Part shown: in pieces, positions 9,599 to 18,962 of the stretch | How positions within the stretch are numbered: the first letter of the stretch is position 1 | Layout of the letters: each line of letters begins with the position of its first letter | Virus record (IMG/VR): IMGVR_UViG_3300001580_000009 | Source of the DNA: an uncultured virus (IMG/VR IMGVR_UViG_3300001580_000009) | Taxonomy: Duplodnaviria > Heunggongvirae > Uroviricota > Caudoviricetes | Length of the DNA stretch: 64,000 bases | Strand: one strand, 5' to 3' | Translations under genes and position numbers: made by a program | The notes under the pieces: model-generated | The model's database searches: none | What the model was told of the DNA's origin: nothing | The model's input: only the letters and a program-made list of their open reading frames with translations

Positions 9599-10624
9599 TC
9601 AGTTACCCGTCTTAAGCAAAAACTTGTTAGAAATTGCCTTGAAGGACACTAGACCATTATGCTTGAACACCAATCCTTCACGTTCAAAACCATCGTTAAG
9701 CTTGCTCTTAGCTTCTGCGAACTTCAGAATGTGTTCCACAGATTGGATGCCCAATGTATCGTAAAACTCAGCATTGTACGCAATCACAGGAACATGCTTC
9801 AACCCATTACGCTCAACAAATGCGATACGTTCAGCAGGGCTGAGGTACCGTTGTTCATTGATATCAAACACATCGTAAACATAGAAGTCCTGACCCTTGA
9901 TCTTGTACGGGTTACCCTGAATGCCTTCGCCAATCAGTTCACCTTGAACGGCGAAGTTACCTTCTCGCATGAGAACTTCCTCAAGGTTGTAACGACGGGC
10001 TTGTGCCCAAAGACTGTTACCCGCAGTTTCCTGCAGGGCCCAGTTACGAGAGCAAACGCCAAACTTACCATCCTTGAAGTAGACCGTCATGCTAGAACCG
10101 TCAAGCTTTTCAGTGATTTCCCAACGCATGTCAGTAGCTTGCCAAGCCTTGAATTCTTCAGTCAAGTTTTGGATACGTTCCTGATCTGTCTTGGGAACAA
10201 AGCTGGGAAAGGGACCTTCAACATCACCTGCAAGTTGAGCCGGGATAGGTGCTTCCCACTTTTGGATGCCGAGTAGATCGGTTATATCTCGTCCTTCTTG
10301 AATGTCGATTGGTCCGATTTTTCCGTATACGGCATTGATCGGGATTAGTAGGCCCTGACTGACCTGACCACGCAACTTTACGGTACGCAGGCGCTCACCC
10401 TTCACACCGTTGTACTCGCGTGGTTCACTGCCCTTGCTCAGAAACGGAGCAAGAGCATTTGGTACCCAGCTATCGATTTCCAAATACACAGCAAGGTCAC
10501 TGACCTTGAATTCACCCTTCTTGACAACCACAACCCATCCACCGACTACTGCGGCTTCAATGGCATCAGCACCTTCAATCGGACGCAGTTCAGAAATCTT
10601 ACGAATTGTAGCCATTTTACGCAT
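9599..10624 (-). CDS. ATP-dependent RNA ligase, DRB0094-like family
   Basis: Motif I TEKLDGSS, QGELIG, EGLVFK, FKAIS. Confidence 0.9.
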   Translation of the reverse strand: MRKMATIRKISELRPIEGADAIEAAVVGGWVVVVKKGEFKVSDLAVYLEIDSWVPNALAPFLSKGSEPREYNGVKGERLRTVKLRGQVSQGLLIPINAVYGKIGPIDIQEGRDITDLLGIQKWEAPIPAQLAGDVEGPFPSFVPKTDQERIQNLTEEFKAWQATDMRWEITEKLDGSSMTVYFKDGKFGVCSRNWALQETAGNSLWAQARRYNLEEVLMREGNFAVQGELIGEGIQGNPYKIKGQDFYVYDVFDINEQRYLSPAERIAFVERNGLKHVPVIAYNAEFYDTLGIQSVEHILKFAEAKSKLNDGFEREGLVFKHNGLVSFKAISNKFLLKTGN

Positions 10625-10634
10625 TTTGTTTTCC

Positions 10635-10844
10635 TTACTTCTTCCACAGAGTATTTTCTAGATCGGTGATCATTTGAGACTGCCGTTGCACCTGCGACTT
10701 CAACTTTTCTTCTCTTTTCTTTGAGAACGCATGTTGAGCAGCGTGAAATTCAGCGACAGCAATCGCATCAAAGACTAGTTGATACAAGACAGACGGATCG
10801 TGTGTCTTATTCGCTTCGATTCGAATCTGATCAAGTGTTTTCAT
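10635..10844 (-). CDS. hypothetical early protein
   Basis: ATG at 10844 behind AGGA, downstream of a sigma70 promoter. Confidence 0.6.
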   Translation of the reverse strand: MKTLDQIRIEANKTHDPSVLYQLVFDAIAVAEFHAAQHAFSKKREEKLKSQVQRQSQMITDLENTLWKK

Positions 10845-10878
10845 GTCCTGTCCTGTCCTGTTTTCTAACTTAGATACA

Positions 10879-10907
10879 AGTATAACATTGGTCGGATTTA
10901 TTGTCAA
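10879..10907 (-). promoter_or_regulatory. sigma70-type early promoter
   Basis: TTGACA-ATAAATCCGACCAATGT(17)-TATACT. Confidence 0.85.
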
Positions 10908-10922
10908 CCATATTAATAAAGT

Positions 10923-10944
10923 AAAAAAGGGGACCGAAGTCCCC
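10923..10944 (-). terminator. intrinsic terminator, C(UUCG)G hairpin
   Basis: GGGGAC-TTCG-GTCCCC-TTTTTT. Confidence 0.85.
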
Positions 10945-10961
10945 GTAAAGTAACGGCTAAG

Positions 10962-11747
10962 TTACCAATTGTATTCTCTATGCCCCTCGATAGCTGTCAT
11001 AGGATCAGGGCAGACCCAACCAGTGGGCACTTCAGTGACTTGAACAACCGGCGAAGTACCACCTAGCATGTTCCATGCCTTCTGCCGCCTTTCATTTTCC
11101 TCGTGAACATATTGTGTGCGACGAACAATATCATACATGACAGGGAAGTCAGCAGCCCAGAGTGTAACATCATATTCATATGATTTACAGTTATCTCCAG
11201 TGCCGCCGCCACCAGAACCAGTATGGATAATTGTGTATGAGAAGTAGCTACTGCCCCAACCATCATCCATACACGGCTTACCGCGGTACTTTCTCATCGG
11301 AGGGCGAACCTTGATTACAAGGCGACCCTTCCATCCCGGGTAACCTGTAGGCCTACCTTGGTTGTAAGGTGACTTAGTATCAAAGTTTTGGACACCGCCA
11401 CGCGGAGCACTATGGCTATTCCGAAGCTTTTCACACCAAACAACATTGGTAATATTAACATCAACATATTCGTGGACGCCCGGATTTTCTGCCGCACGCC
11501 AACTTTCATGCTTTGCCCCATTAGCCCAGAACCACTTCCAATTGTCCTTAATGAACTGATTTAGTTCATCAATAGAACGAACTTGGCCCATGAGTTCTAG
11601 AACCTTGACACGCTCAGGCGCCATTTTCTTGAGCCTCTTTTGATGCAGGTTCTTGGCAGCAAGGCTACGAAGGTGCTTAATGTACTTCGTTTTGTCTTCA
11701 AAGAGTTTACCGTCATGGTCACTCTTGTATGCTTGAACGATGCTCAT
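10962..11747 (-). CDS. hypothetical phage protein
   Basis: 261 aa; NSHSAP...GYPGWKG...GSGGG motifs. Confidence 0.75.
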   Translation of the reverse strand: MSIVQAYKSDHDGKLFEDKTKYIKHLRSLAAKNLHQKRLKKMAPERVKVLELMGQVRSIDELNQFIKDNWKWFWANGAKHESWRAAENPGVHEYVDVNITNVVWCEKLRNSHSAPRGGVQNFDTKSPYNQGRPTGYPGWKGRLVIKVRPPMRKYRGKPCMDDGWGSSYFSYTIIHTGSGGGGTGDNCKSYEYDVTLWAADFPVMYDIVRRTQYVHEENERRQKAWNMLGGTSPVVQVTEVPTGWVCPDPMTAIEGHREYNW

Positions 11748-12082
11748 TCTTTGGCTCCAAACTTCTTTTTCAGTCTGAGATATTCTTTGTACTCTTGATC
11801 TTTCTTTTTCTTATCCAAAAGAGCCTTTTTCTCTTGTTCCTTCTTTTCTTCAGTTAGGCGCTTTTCATATTCACGATCGGTTTCTAGGCGACGTTCCCAA
11901 AGTTCTAACTCAAGTCCACCGTCATAACCAAAGCAGCGAACCTTGAAGAAGATATCACGTCCTTCATATGAGGTCTTGAACTCGTGGAGTAATACTCCAA
12001 CATCATCAGGAGTCTTACCATCTAATAGATAGTAAAAACTTTCATCCTTGATAATGGCTTCAACAATTTTACGTTCACTCAT
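11744..12082 (-). CDS. hypothetical protein
   Basis: ETDREY...EYLRLKKKF; overlapping start and stop. Confidence 0.7.
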   Translation of the reverse strand: MSERKIVEAIIKDESFYYLLDGKTPDDVGVLLHEFKTSYEGRDIFFKVRCFGYDGGLELELWERRLETDREYEKRLTEEKKEQEKKALLDKKKKDQEYKEYLRLKKKFGAKE

Positions 12083-12085
12083 TTT

Positions 12086-12316
12086 TTACTCAATTTGCAT
12101 TTCTCTTGCCAAACGGGCAGTCTTAAGCATAGCAGTAGCCACAGCTTCCATTTCTTCAATGCTGCCGAAACTGATGTAAGGTTTATCTTCCCTACCATTT
12201 TCTACATAAACGAGACTAAATTCTCTACCACAATTAACTTCAAAGTGATAATCACGGACCGTGATTAAATCGCGGTCTGCATAAACAGAGATTGTCAAGC
12301 CTGTCTCAATCATCAT
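12086..12316 (-). CDS. hypothetical protein
   Basis: Operon-packed ORF. Confidence 0.65.
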   Translation of the reverse strand: MMIETGLTISVYADRDLITVRDYHFEVNCGREFSLVYVENGREDKPYISFGSIEEMEAVATAMLKTARLAREMQIE

Positions 12317-12585
12317 TCAACTCCGAAATGGCTTTTGATTAGAGCACTGCAATTTTTAGCACCGCCCCACATGCCTTCGTTCAGTAGGCGACCTTCGGGG
12401 GTAACAAACTTGCTTTTAGCCATTTTGTCAGCGCGGTCGGCAACTTTTTCACACTGACTGACACATTCCCTGACAATCAACTCGGCAAAGATTTTATGAC
12501 TAACTACCCGGTGACTGGTTCCAGTTTTCCAATCGTCGTGGATTTCTGTAGCGTCTTCTAGTAGTTGTTTTAGTCGTTCGTTCAT
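12313..12585 (-). CDS. hypothetical phage protein
   Basis: MNERLKQL...FAELIVREC...HFGVE. Confidence 0.7.
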   Translation of the reverse strand: MNERLKQLLEDATEIHDDWKTGTSHRVVSHKIFAELIVRECVSQCEKVADRADKMAKSKFVTPEGRLLNEGMWGGAKNCSALIKSHFGVE

Positions 12586-12586
12586 T

Positions 12587-13606
12587 TTAAAAACCCTTCA
12601 TGCAAGTAGCCTGAGCAAGTGCCTTCCAGTTGCCTGAAATTTTTACTAAATCAGCAATTTTCAAACACATACGCAAAGACATTTCACGCAACTTAGTGTG
12701 ATTTGCCTCAATGTAATTCATAATCTCGTCAACAGTCTCGGGTTGAAAGTCGTAGTCAGCAAACAAACCACCATCAGCATCACGATGAACTTGTTTAATC
12801 CTGAGGAGTTTGTCACGCTCGGTGTTGATAGTCAGGTCCAGATAGTGACAACGAGATTGCAGAGCCTCAAGGTGAGCCTTGATCTTGGCACTCTTACGAT
12901 CACTGAAATTCAGGTTAGTGATGAAAATCACAGAGCCCTTGAAATCAAACTGGTTGGGCACCCCTTCTTCGCGCAACAGTCGGCTATCCTTGTTCCAAGA
13001 AATGCGACGATTCTTACCAGAATCCAATGCACCCTTGAGAACGTTCAATGCATCCTGATCTTCCCAAACGTCACAGTCATCAAAGACCAGAACGTTCTTG
13101 GGATCGGAATACTTGTACAGGGTAGCGAACAGACCGATGCCAGAAATTGCACCCTTGACAATTTGGAAGCGAGAACGCTTGCCCGCAACCTTGTCAAACA
13201 GGCTAGCCTTCTCCATCTGAGTCGTGACACCGAAGCTCTTGCCGACTCCCGGGGGTCCGGACACGATCATAGCACGGATATCGCCATTGATGCACGCCGC
13301 GGACATTTCATCAAGGACTGAGAAACGCTCGGCGATACGATTCATCGCCTGCTCATCAGTTTCGGTAACGGTGACCTCCGCAGGGATAGATTCCTGCGTA
13401 GCCGGGGACGTACCGAATTCAAGGTCGCGAATATCGTTGACCTTGATCTTGACCTCGTCAATATTGAACTCAGGGAAATGACCCTCATTCTTGACGGTCA
13501 CATAGCTACCCTTCTTACCAGTTTGGAAACCCTTGACCAGAGTGAACACTTGGTCAACGACGGGCTTCTTACGATATTCGCCAAACTTGATACGAACTTG
13601 AGACAT
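12587..13606 (-). CDS. AAA+ P-loop ATPase
   Basis: Walker A GPPGVGKS, Walker B VLVFDD, sensor FITN, arginine finger LQSRC. Confidence 0.85.
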   Translation of the reverse strand: MSQVRIKFGEYRKKPVVDQVFTLVKGFQTGKKGSYVTVKNEGHFPEFNIDEVKIKVNDIRDLEFGTSPATQESIPAEVTVTETDEQAMNRIAERFSVLDEMSAACINGDIRAMIVSGPPGVGKSFGVTTQMEKASLFDKVAGKRSRFQIVKGAISGIGLFATLYKYSDPKNVLVFDDCDVWEDQDALNVLKGALDSGKNRRISWNKDSRLLREEGVPNQFDFKGSVIFITNLNFSDRKSAKIKAHLEALQSRCHYLDLTINTERDKLLRIKQVHRDADGGLFADYDFQPETVDEIMNYIEANHTKLREMSLRMCLKIADLVKISGNWKALAQATCMKGF

Positions 13607-13632
13607 TGATGTTCCTTTACAGTACAGACTGT

Positions 13633-13661
13633 AGTATATGTTATTTTGGAATTATTGTCAA
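13633..13661 (-). promoter_or_regulatory. sigma70-type early promoter
   Basis: TTGACA-ATAATTCC...(17)-TATACT. Confidence 0.85.
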
Positions 13662-13718
13662 GAACTGACAATCAAGAGAGTTGCTGAGTTGAATTAGGTT
13701 TTCTCAACTGTTGAGGAA

Positions 13719-13747
13719 ATTATAATACATCTAGAAATTAATGTCAA
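13719..13747 (-). promoter_or_regulatory. sigma70-type promoter (tandem with the one above)
   Basis: TTGACA-17 nt-TATAAT. Confidence 0.85.
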
Positions 13748-13753
13748 CCGTAA

Positions 13754-13777
13754 AAAACGCTCCCTAGGGAGCGTTTT
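13754..13777 (-). terminator. intrinsic terminator
   Basis: AAAACGCTCC-CTAG-GGAGCGTTTT followed by T. Confidence 0.75.
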
Positions 13778-13794
13778 CGTCCAATATTACCTTA

Positions 13795-15465
13795 TTACGG
13801 GCATAATAAATTTTCACATATACAGTCGCCGCATTCATCTATTTTAGGTACCGGTGCGCAACAGCGGCAAAATTCAGTATAGAACCAATCACAATATAGC
13901 TGTACGCAAGATGAGTAGCTCCACCCGTTATTACAACCCCATGTTTCCGTCAACAACATGTTTAACACCGGGTCATTTGTAGTTGGCTCCGTAGGCATAT
14001 TATTTATGTATTCGGGCGGAATAACAACTACTGTAAGAGTCATATCTTCTACCGTAGTTCCGCGATATAGCTTAAACGGGAATGTAAATTCTTTCGATAA
14101 TCCATCAACTAATACGTTGTCGGGCGTCCATTCAAAGAACATATTTTTTACCGAGGCTCCAGGGGGCAATGAAGCATCTACTAATTCGCAACTATCATAT
14201 AGCCATAATGCTCCCAAGAATACACCTGCAGATTTACCATCAAAAACTACAATCTTCTTAGAAGGTTTGAAATATTCATCCTTCGCGGATTCTACTTCGG
14301 TAGCGTGATAAGCTGTGACATAATTAGTAGAGGATGCGTATTTAGGATCAGTTAAACTCAATATTTGATACTTATCGGCTGACCATCGTAATGCCCAAAT
14401 TACAGCAGACAAATTAGGGCCCGTAGTCATTGATGTTGGAATGATACCAGCAGAATCTACATAACTAAAGTTATATGCTACCGCTGCGCTGTGGATAGCA
14501 GCAGCGATACTAGTGCCGAACGCCTTTCTATAGCCCCCGTCTAATGCCGCTACTTTAATATTTTCGCCCGGAGCCCATACATCCAATGCACCGTAATTGG
14601 TAGCTTCGGGCGCAGTTAACAAGTAACTACCAGTGTAGTTTGAAAAAACGCTAGGTTGGAATTCTGTGTTGTATGAACCAACAATATAGCAGTCGGTCAT
14701 TGCAGCAGGAGTGACATTTTCTATGGGCAACCCATCATTGCCTGCTGCCACTACGCAAACAACTCCGGCGTCACGAATCTTTTGAATTTTGCTTTCAATA
14801 TAAGTATTTCTATCTATCGCCCAACTCATGTTTAGTACTGCAAACTTGCCGGGATTCATTTGAACATCAACAAGAACGGCATCTAATGCTGCTACAAGGT
14901 CACTTTGATATAAGTCTACCCCAGTTTGGAATACTTTCACGATTTTTACAGACGGGGAACTTAATGAGCAAGTCTTACCACAGATTAAACTTGCCAACGC
15001 AGTACCGTGGCCATTGTAATCCATGAAATCATTATTAAACGAATGCAGCAAGGTAATATCAGCAGACTCAAATTCTGGGTGCATACGGTCAATACCACTG
15101 TCCATGATGTACACCGATATTCCTGATCCACGTTTAGGGACAGATATTGGATTAACCGTGAAATCAACACCAGTCATACTATAAGTCATCCACCATTGAT
15201 CTTCACTGTTTACATCTAACGTTGTTGAGTCCGTGTAATTGGTTTTGCCCTCGTTGACGAAAACCTCATGAGGTACAATAGTAGACAACGTATCATTAAC
15301 GATTGATTCTACGATACTGGTGGCTGTTAGCTCCTCAGAGGATTCAACCAAATATACATTTTCAAAAGCATTGAAAATTTTCACTACTGAGCAGTTACTA
15401 GCAGTCAAAAAATTCTGTATTTGTTCCGCAGTTGCGTCGTTATAGAAATCAATTAAATATCGCAT
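13795..15465 (-). CDS. subtilisin-like S8 serine peptidase with Cys-rich C-terminus
   Basis: Catalytic motifs IMDSGID, HGTALAS, AAGN, GTSIAAA. Confidence 0.9.
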   Translation of the reverse strand: MRYLIDFYNDATAEQIQNFLTASNCSVVKIFNAFENVYLVESSEELTATSIVESIVNDTLSTIVPHEVFVNEGKTNYTDSTTLDVNSEDQWWMTYSMTGVDFTVNPISVPKRGSGISVYIMDSGIDRMHPEFESADITLLHSFNNDFMDYNGHGTALASLICGKTCSLSSPSVKIVKVFQTGVDLYQSDLVAALDAVLVDVQMNPGKFAVLNMSWAIDRNTYIESKIQKIRDAGVVCVVAAGNDGLPIENVTPAAMTDCYIVGSYNTEFQPSVFSNYTGSYLLTAPEATNYGALDVWAPGENIKVAALDGGYRKAFGTSIAAAIHSAAVAYNFSYVDSAGIIPTSMTTGPNLSAVIWALRWSADKYQILSLTDPKYASSTNYVTAYHATEVESAKDEYFKPSKKIVVFDGKSAGVFLGALWLYDSCELVDASLPPGASVKNMFFEWTPDNVLVDGLSKEFTFPFKLYRGTTVEDMTLTVVVIPPEYINNMPTEPTTNDPVLNMLLTETWGCNNGWSYSSCVQLYCDWFYTEFCRCCAPVPKIDECGDCICENLLCP

Positions 15466-15470
15466 GGATG

Positions 15471-16376
15471 TTACCTTATAATATTTAAGTATTTATCTCT
15501 CTGAATCGTAGTAAACGTTTTAGATGGTAGGATCAACTTCTCACCGATCATGTACCTAAATCGTATGTCAAACACCCGTTTACTCTCGTATTTGGCATAT
15601 TTGATTCGTATCGCAGGGGGCAAGGGCATTACATCATAATACATCTTGTATTTCTCAAAACCACTATATTTTTTGGATTGAGGGATGACGGGGAATCCTA
15701 ACTCCCAATATGTTCTATACCTAATTTCATAATTGCTAAGTCCACCTTGTTTTACCAATGACTCATACTTAGTATAAAAACTTCCTGCTAATTCCGGGGT
15801 ATTACAAAAGAACGTCGGTACCATATTAGCTCTATTTTCCAATTGATATCTACGCAACCCCAAAATGCTATATGTTAATTCTAATGTATTTCCTTTGGCA
15901 GGGCCACCACTATAAATTAACGTTCCGTCCTTTATTGTTTCCCTGTAAAGCATGTGGGTACAAATATGAGGGCTGTCGCAGTTATATCTAATCGCGTAAG
16001 ACTCCATCCGTTCTTCAAAGAAGTCAAATAACGACAAATTAATATATTCGACCTTTAACCCATACTTCTCAGTAAATTCCTTTAAGGTATGAAGATCGTG
16101 TTCATTATAATCTATGTCATATTTGAAGGATACTAATGTATGAGGTACCCCACTTAATTTCCATGCCCATGCTGTGGCTTGTGAATCTATACCACCGCTT
16201 ACAGCTACATAATACGGAGGGAAACAGGTCTTGGTAATTAGTTCAATGTTCTTCAGTGCGTTTACTACACCCTGATTCTCTGAAAACACAATACCAGTGC
16301 CATCAATGTAATAGTCTTCATGTGGGATGGGCTGTTGGGCTAAATCTTTACCCCACCCATGTCTAATCCAATCCAT
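15471..16376 (-). CDS. PP-loop (N-type ATP pyrophosphatase-like) protein
   Basis: VAVSGGIDS motif. Confidence 0.6.
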   Translation of the reverse strand: MDWIRHGWGKDLAQQPIPHEDYYIDGTGIVFSENQGVVNALKNIELITKTCFPPYYVAVSGGIDSQATAWAWKLSGVPHTLVSFKYDIDYNEHDLHTLKEFTEKYGLKVEYINLSLFDFFEERMESYAIRYNCDSPHICTHMLYRETIKDGTLIYSGGPAKGNTLELTYSILGLRRYQLENRANMVPTFFCNTPELAGSFYTKYESLVKQGGLSNYEIRYRTYWELGFPVIPQSKKYSGFEKYKMYYDVMPLPPAIRIKYAKYESKRVFDIRFRYMIGEKLILPSKTFTTIQRDKYLNIIR

Positions 16377-16379
16377 ATA

Positions 16380-16580
16380 TTACCATTTCCTCACTGGGCA
16401 TTTTGCGGCTGACAGTATTGTTTTAACTTTCATAAAACATCCGCATTTAGTACAACTTTGGGTATAACTAAAGAAATGTTCACATTTCTTACAGATACTC
16501 ATTCTTTCTTCAGCTATTTCAGTAGACACCCTAGTTCCTGCAATTGTTTCTTTGATTTTATTTTTCAGGTCACGTAGCAT
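16380..16580 (-). CDS. small Cys-rich protein
   Basis: CKKC...CTKCGCF...CPVRKW. Confidence 0.7.
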   Translation of the reverse strand: MLRDLKNKIKETIAGTRVSTEIAEERMSICKKCEHFFSYTQSCTKCGCFMKVKTILSAAKCPVRKW

Positions 16581-16615
16581 CTTTTATTTATTTCAGTTGA
16601 ACCTACAAAATACTA

Positions 16616-16633
16616 AAGCCCCTTACGGGGCTT
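16616..16633 (-). terminator. intrinsic terminator
   Basis: AAGCCCC-GTAA-GGGGCTT directly after the stop at 16636. Confidence 0.7.
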
Positions 16634-16635
16634 AA

Positions 16636-17409
16636 TTAGAGTACTAGTGACCATTTCTCCTGCAATCGCAAAAATTCCCGATCGTCTTTAAACTCGCGTT
16701 TAAATCGTCCGTTGATGTTTATCGGACCTGATTCTACTAACATGTCAAATAGAACATTGAGCGGGTCTTTGTCAGGTCTGGTCAAACACACACGATCTTT
16801 GTTTGACAATTCAAACCAATATTCATACATGGATACTAGTCGGCGTCTAGCAGTTAGTTTCTTTAGAAACTTCAAAGTGTAAACTTGTTGGGTTTTATCG
16901 TATGGTTTTATTTCACGATTTGAACTTTCAAATACTTTCTCTAGCCCCATGTCATATTCATAGAATTCTGGCAGACGGTGAGCCATACCTTCAAATGATT
17001 CATCAGCGAATCGCCGGTAAGTATCATTTTGTAAGTGAGTCGATACATAAGTGTATCCGCCGTCTTCTAGTTTAGTTGTAATCAATACTACCAAATCATT
17101 TCTAAAATTAGATAGCTTATGACCTTTAAGCTTCAATACCATCAATTTCTTAGAATAATATTCTTTAATTTCTGCGGCATGTTGACGGTCTTCGTCAGTA
17201 ATTTCATTAGGTGTTACTGAAGAAATTCCATATTGTGTTTTTAGTTCACCGTTCTTAAACCTACGATGAACCGAGCAGCTTGCCTCTACTAAGTCTACAC
17301 TGTGTCGTTTATATGGTTGTCTACTTTGAGGCTTAGTATCAAAAATATTGCCAAACGTTGTATTTACGACCTTAGACATATTACTAACAGGGAGAAGTGT
17401 GTTTGCCAT
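16636..17409 (-). CDS. hypothetical protein
   Basis: 257 aa with its own sigma70 promoter. Confidence 0.75.
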   Translation of the reverse strand: MANTLLPVSNMSKVVNTTFGNIFDTKPQSRQPYKRHSVDLVEASCSVHRRFKNGELKTQYGISSVTPNEITDEDRQHAAEIKEYYSKKLMVLKLKGHKLSNFRNDLVVLITTKLEDGGYTYVSTHLQNDTYRRFADESFEGMAHRLPEFYEYDMGLEKVFESSNREIKPYDKTQQVYTLKFLKKLTARRRLVSMYEYWFELSNKDRVCLTRPDKDPLNVLFDMLVESGPININGRFKREFKDDREFLRLQEKWSLVL

Positions 17410-17438
17410 GTGTTAACCTATTGAAATAGCTATAAATG

Positions 17439-17467
17439 AGTATATCTAATTTATTGAATCATGTCAA
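17439..17467 (-). promoter_or_regulatory. sigma70-type promoter
   Basis: TTGACA-17-TATACT. Confidence 0.8.
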
Positions 17468-17479
17468 CACAAACTGGAC

Positions 17480-17556
17480 TAAATAAAAGTGTAGTTCGCG
17501 GAACGGGAATTCCCAACTACTCTAATGCTATAGAGGAGCATCAGCATGTGTATTTA
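17480..17556 (-). ncRNA. endonuclease-associated structured element, copy 3
   Basis: Minus strand: CTGATGCT cctctat AGCATTAG-A-GTAGTT-G-GGAAT tccc GTTCC-GCG-AACTAC, between TAAATA/TATTTA boxes. Confidence 0.65.
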
Positions 17557-18271
17557 TTGCGGAACAACCAAATATCGTAAAATTTACGAAAAACATTACG
17601 GTCTAATTCCAAAAGAAGAAAATGGGAGGAGTTACGAAATCCACCATATTGACGGCGATCATTTTAACAATGATCCAAATAACTTAAAAGCGGTAACATT
17701 GCAGGAACACTACGATATACATTATCGGCAAAAGGATTATGCTGCGTGTATCCTGATTGGAAGGAAACTTAAAGTAGATCCTGAGACTTTGACTGAGCTT
17801 AACCGACAACAAAATAATATAAGAGTACTGGCCGGGACTCATCATCTTTTAGGGGGATCAATACAGAGAAAAGCCAGCCGGGCTAGAGCGAAACAGGGCG
17901 TCTTAGGATTTCAAAATAAAGAAAATTTAATTAAGGCTAATCAAAAAAGAGATATAATCATCCAACAAAAAATTAATGCAGGTGAGTGGATTTTACAGGA
18001 TCCCGAGTTCCATAAAAAACATGTAAGGAATCAGATTAACAAAGGATTACATTGTTCCCAAAAAAAGATGACCTGCATACATTGCGACAAAACATTAGAT
18101 TCTGCTAATTACAGCAGGTCACATGGAGGAAACTGTAAAATGTTCACTGGAATAATTAAAAAGAACAAAAAACATCCACCTAGGCAAAAACTTACATGCG
18201 AGAATTGCGGTAAGATCATGGACTCATCAAACTTCAGCAGACATGGCCACGGACCTACTTGTACTAGATAG
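17546..18271 (+). CDS. HNH homing endonuclease
   Basis: YEIHHIDGDHFNNDPNNLKAVTLQEHYDIH; two C-terminal CxxC...HG..C fingers. Confidence 0.9.
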   Translation: MCIYCGTTKYRKIYEKHYGLIPKEENGRSYEIHHIDGDHFNNDPNNLKAVTLQEHYDIHYRQKDYAACILIGRKLKVDPETLTELNRQQNNIRVLAGTHHLLGGSIQRKASRARAKQGVLGFQNKENLIKANQKRDIIIQQKINAGEWILQDPEFHKKHVRNQINKGLHCSQKKMTCIHCDKTLDSANYSRSHGGNCKMFTGIIKKNKKHPPRQKLTCENCGKIMDSSNFSRHGHGPTCTR

Positions 18272-18719
18272 TAAAATCTTCCATCCCGGCTGTTTTTAAC
18301 CTAACCAAATGACCTAACATAAAATTTTTACTCTCTAATGCCTTCATTATTCCAAGATAGCGATTTCGTAAAAGCGCCACATCATTTATCAATGTGTCAA
18401 AATCAATTACTTCACTTTCACCATCAACATATTTTTCGGCGTCACGGCTTGTTAAAGCCCTATTATACGCTTCTAGGTATTTTTGAAAGTGCTTTCTACG
18501 AATTTGTCGTAGCTTAATATTAAGTAGATTTAATACCGCCTCGATTTCTTGTAAATTACAAAAATGTTTCTCAGTGATGCCAGGAAGATTGGCAATGTTC
18601 TTTTCAACATTGCCATAAATCTTCACTTCTTTTTTGGCTTCATTGAGTTCAGACTCATAATGTACAATGAAATCGGGTATCACGGACAAATCTTGCGAGA
18701 TTCTAGTGTACCAGTTCAT
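18264..18719 (-). CDS. uvsY: UvsY recombination mediator
   Basis: Y...L...D...YVD-E pattern, C-terminal L+..AGMED; adjacent to uvsX. Confidence 0.8.
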   Translation of the reverse strand: MNWYTRISQDLSVIPDFIVHYESELNEAKKEVKIYGNVEKNIANLPGITEKHFCNLQEIEAVLNLLNIKLRQIRRKHFQKYLEAYNRALTSRDAEKYVDGESEVIDFDTLINDVALLRNRYLGIMKALESKNFMLGHLVRLKTAGMEDFTI

Positions 18720-18722
18720 TGA

Positions 18723-18962
18723 TCACCATTCTTCGTCGTCTTCGTATTCTTCGTATTCTTCTTCAACTTCGTGCTGTTCTCGATACTGCTTTAAAGCATT
18801 ACTGATTGCCTTATCACCTCTAAATTCTTCTTTGATATCATCAGCGTCAAAGCCGTTGTCAATCAAAAAAATTACTAGTGTATCGGCAGCATCCTTACGT
18901 TCATTCAAATCTATGTGGTGCATTAACGCATCCCATACTTCTGATACTAAACTTAAACTCAT
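18723..18962 (-). CDS. hypothetical acidic protein
   Basis: Acidic tail; lies between uvsX and uvsY. Confidence 0.7.
   Translation of the reverse strand: MSLSLVSEVWDALMHHIDLNERKDAADTLVIFLIDNGFDADDIKEEFRGDKAISNALKQYREQHEVEEEYEEYEDDEEW

Noticed and set aside
13662..13718. Small RNA between tandem sigma70 promoters
   Set aside because: Only weak hairpins, no terminator and no second copy. It is more simply a 5' leader.
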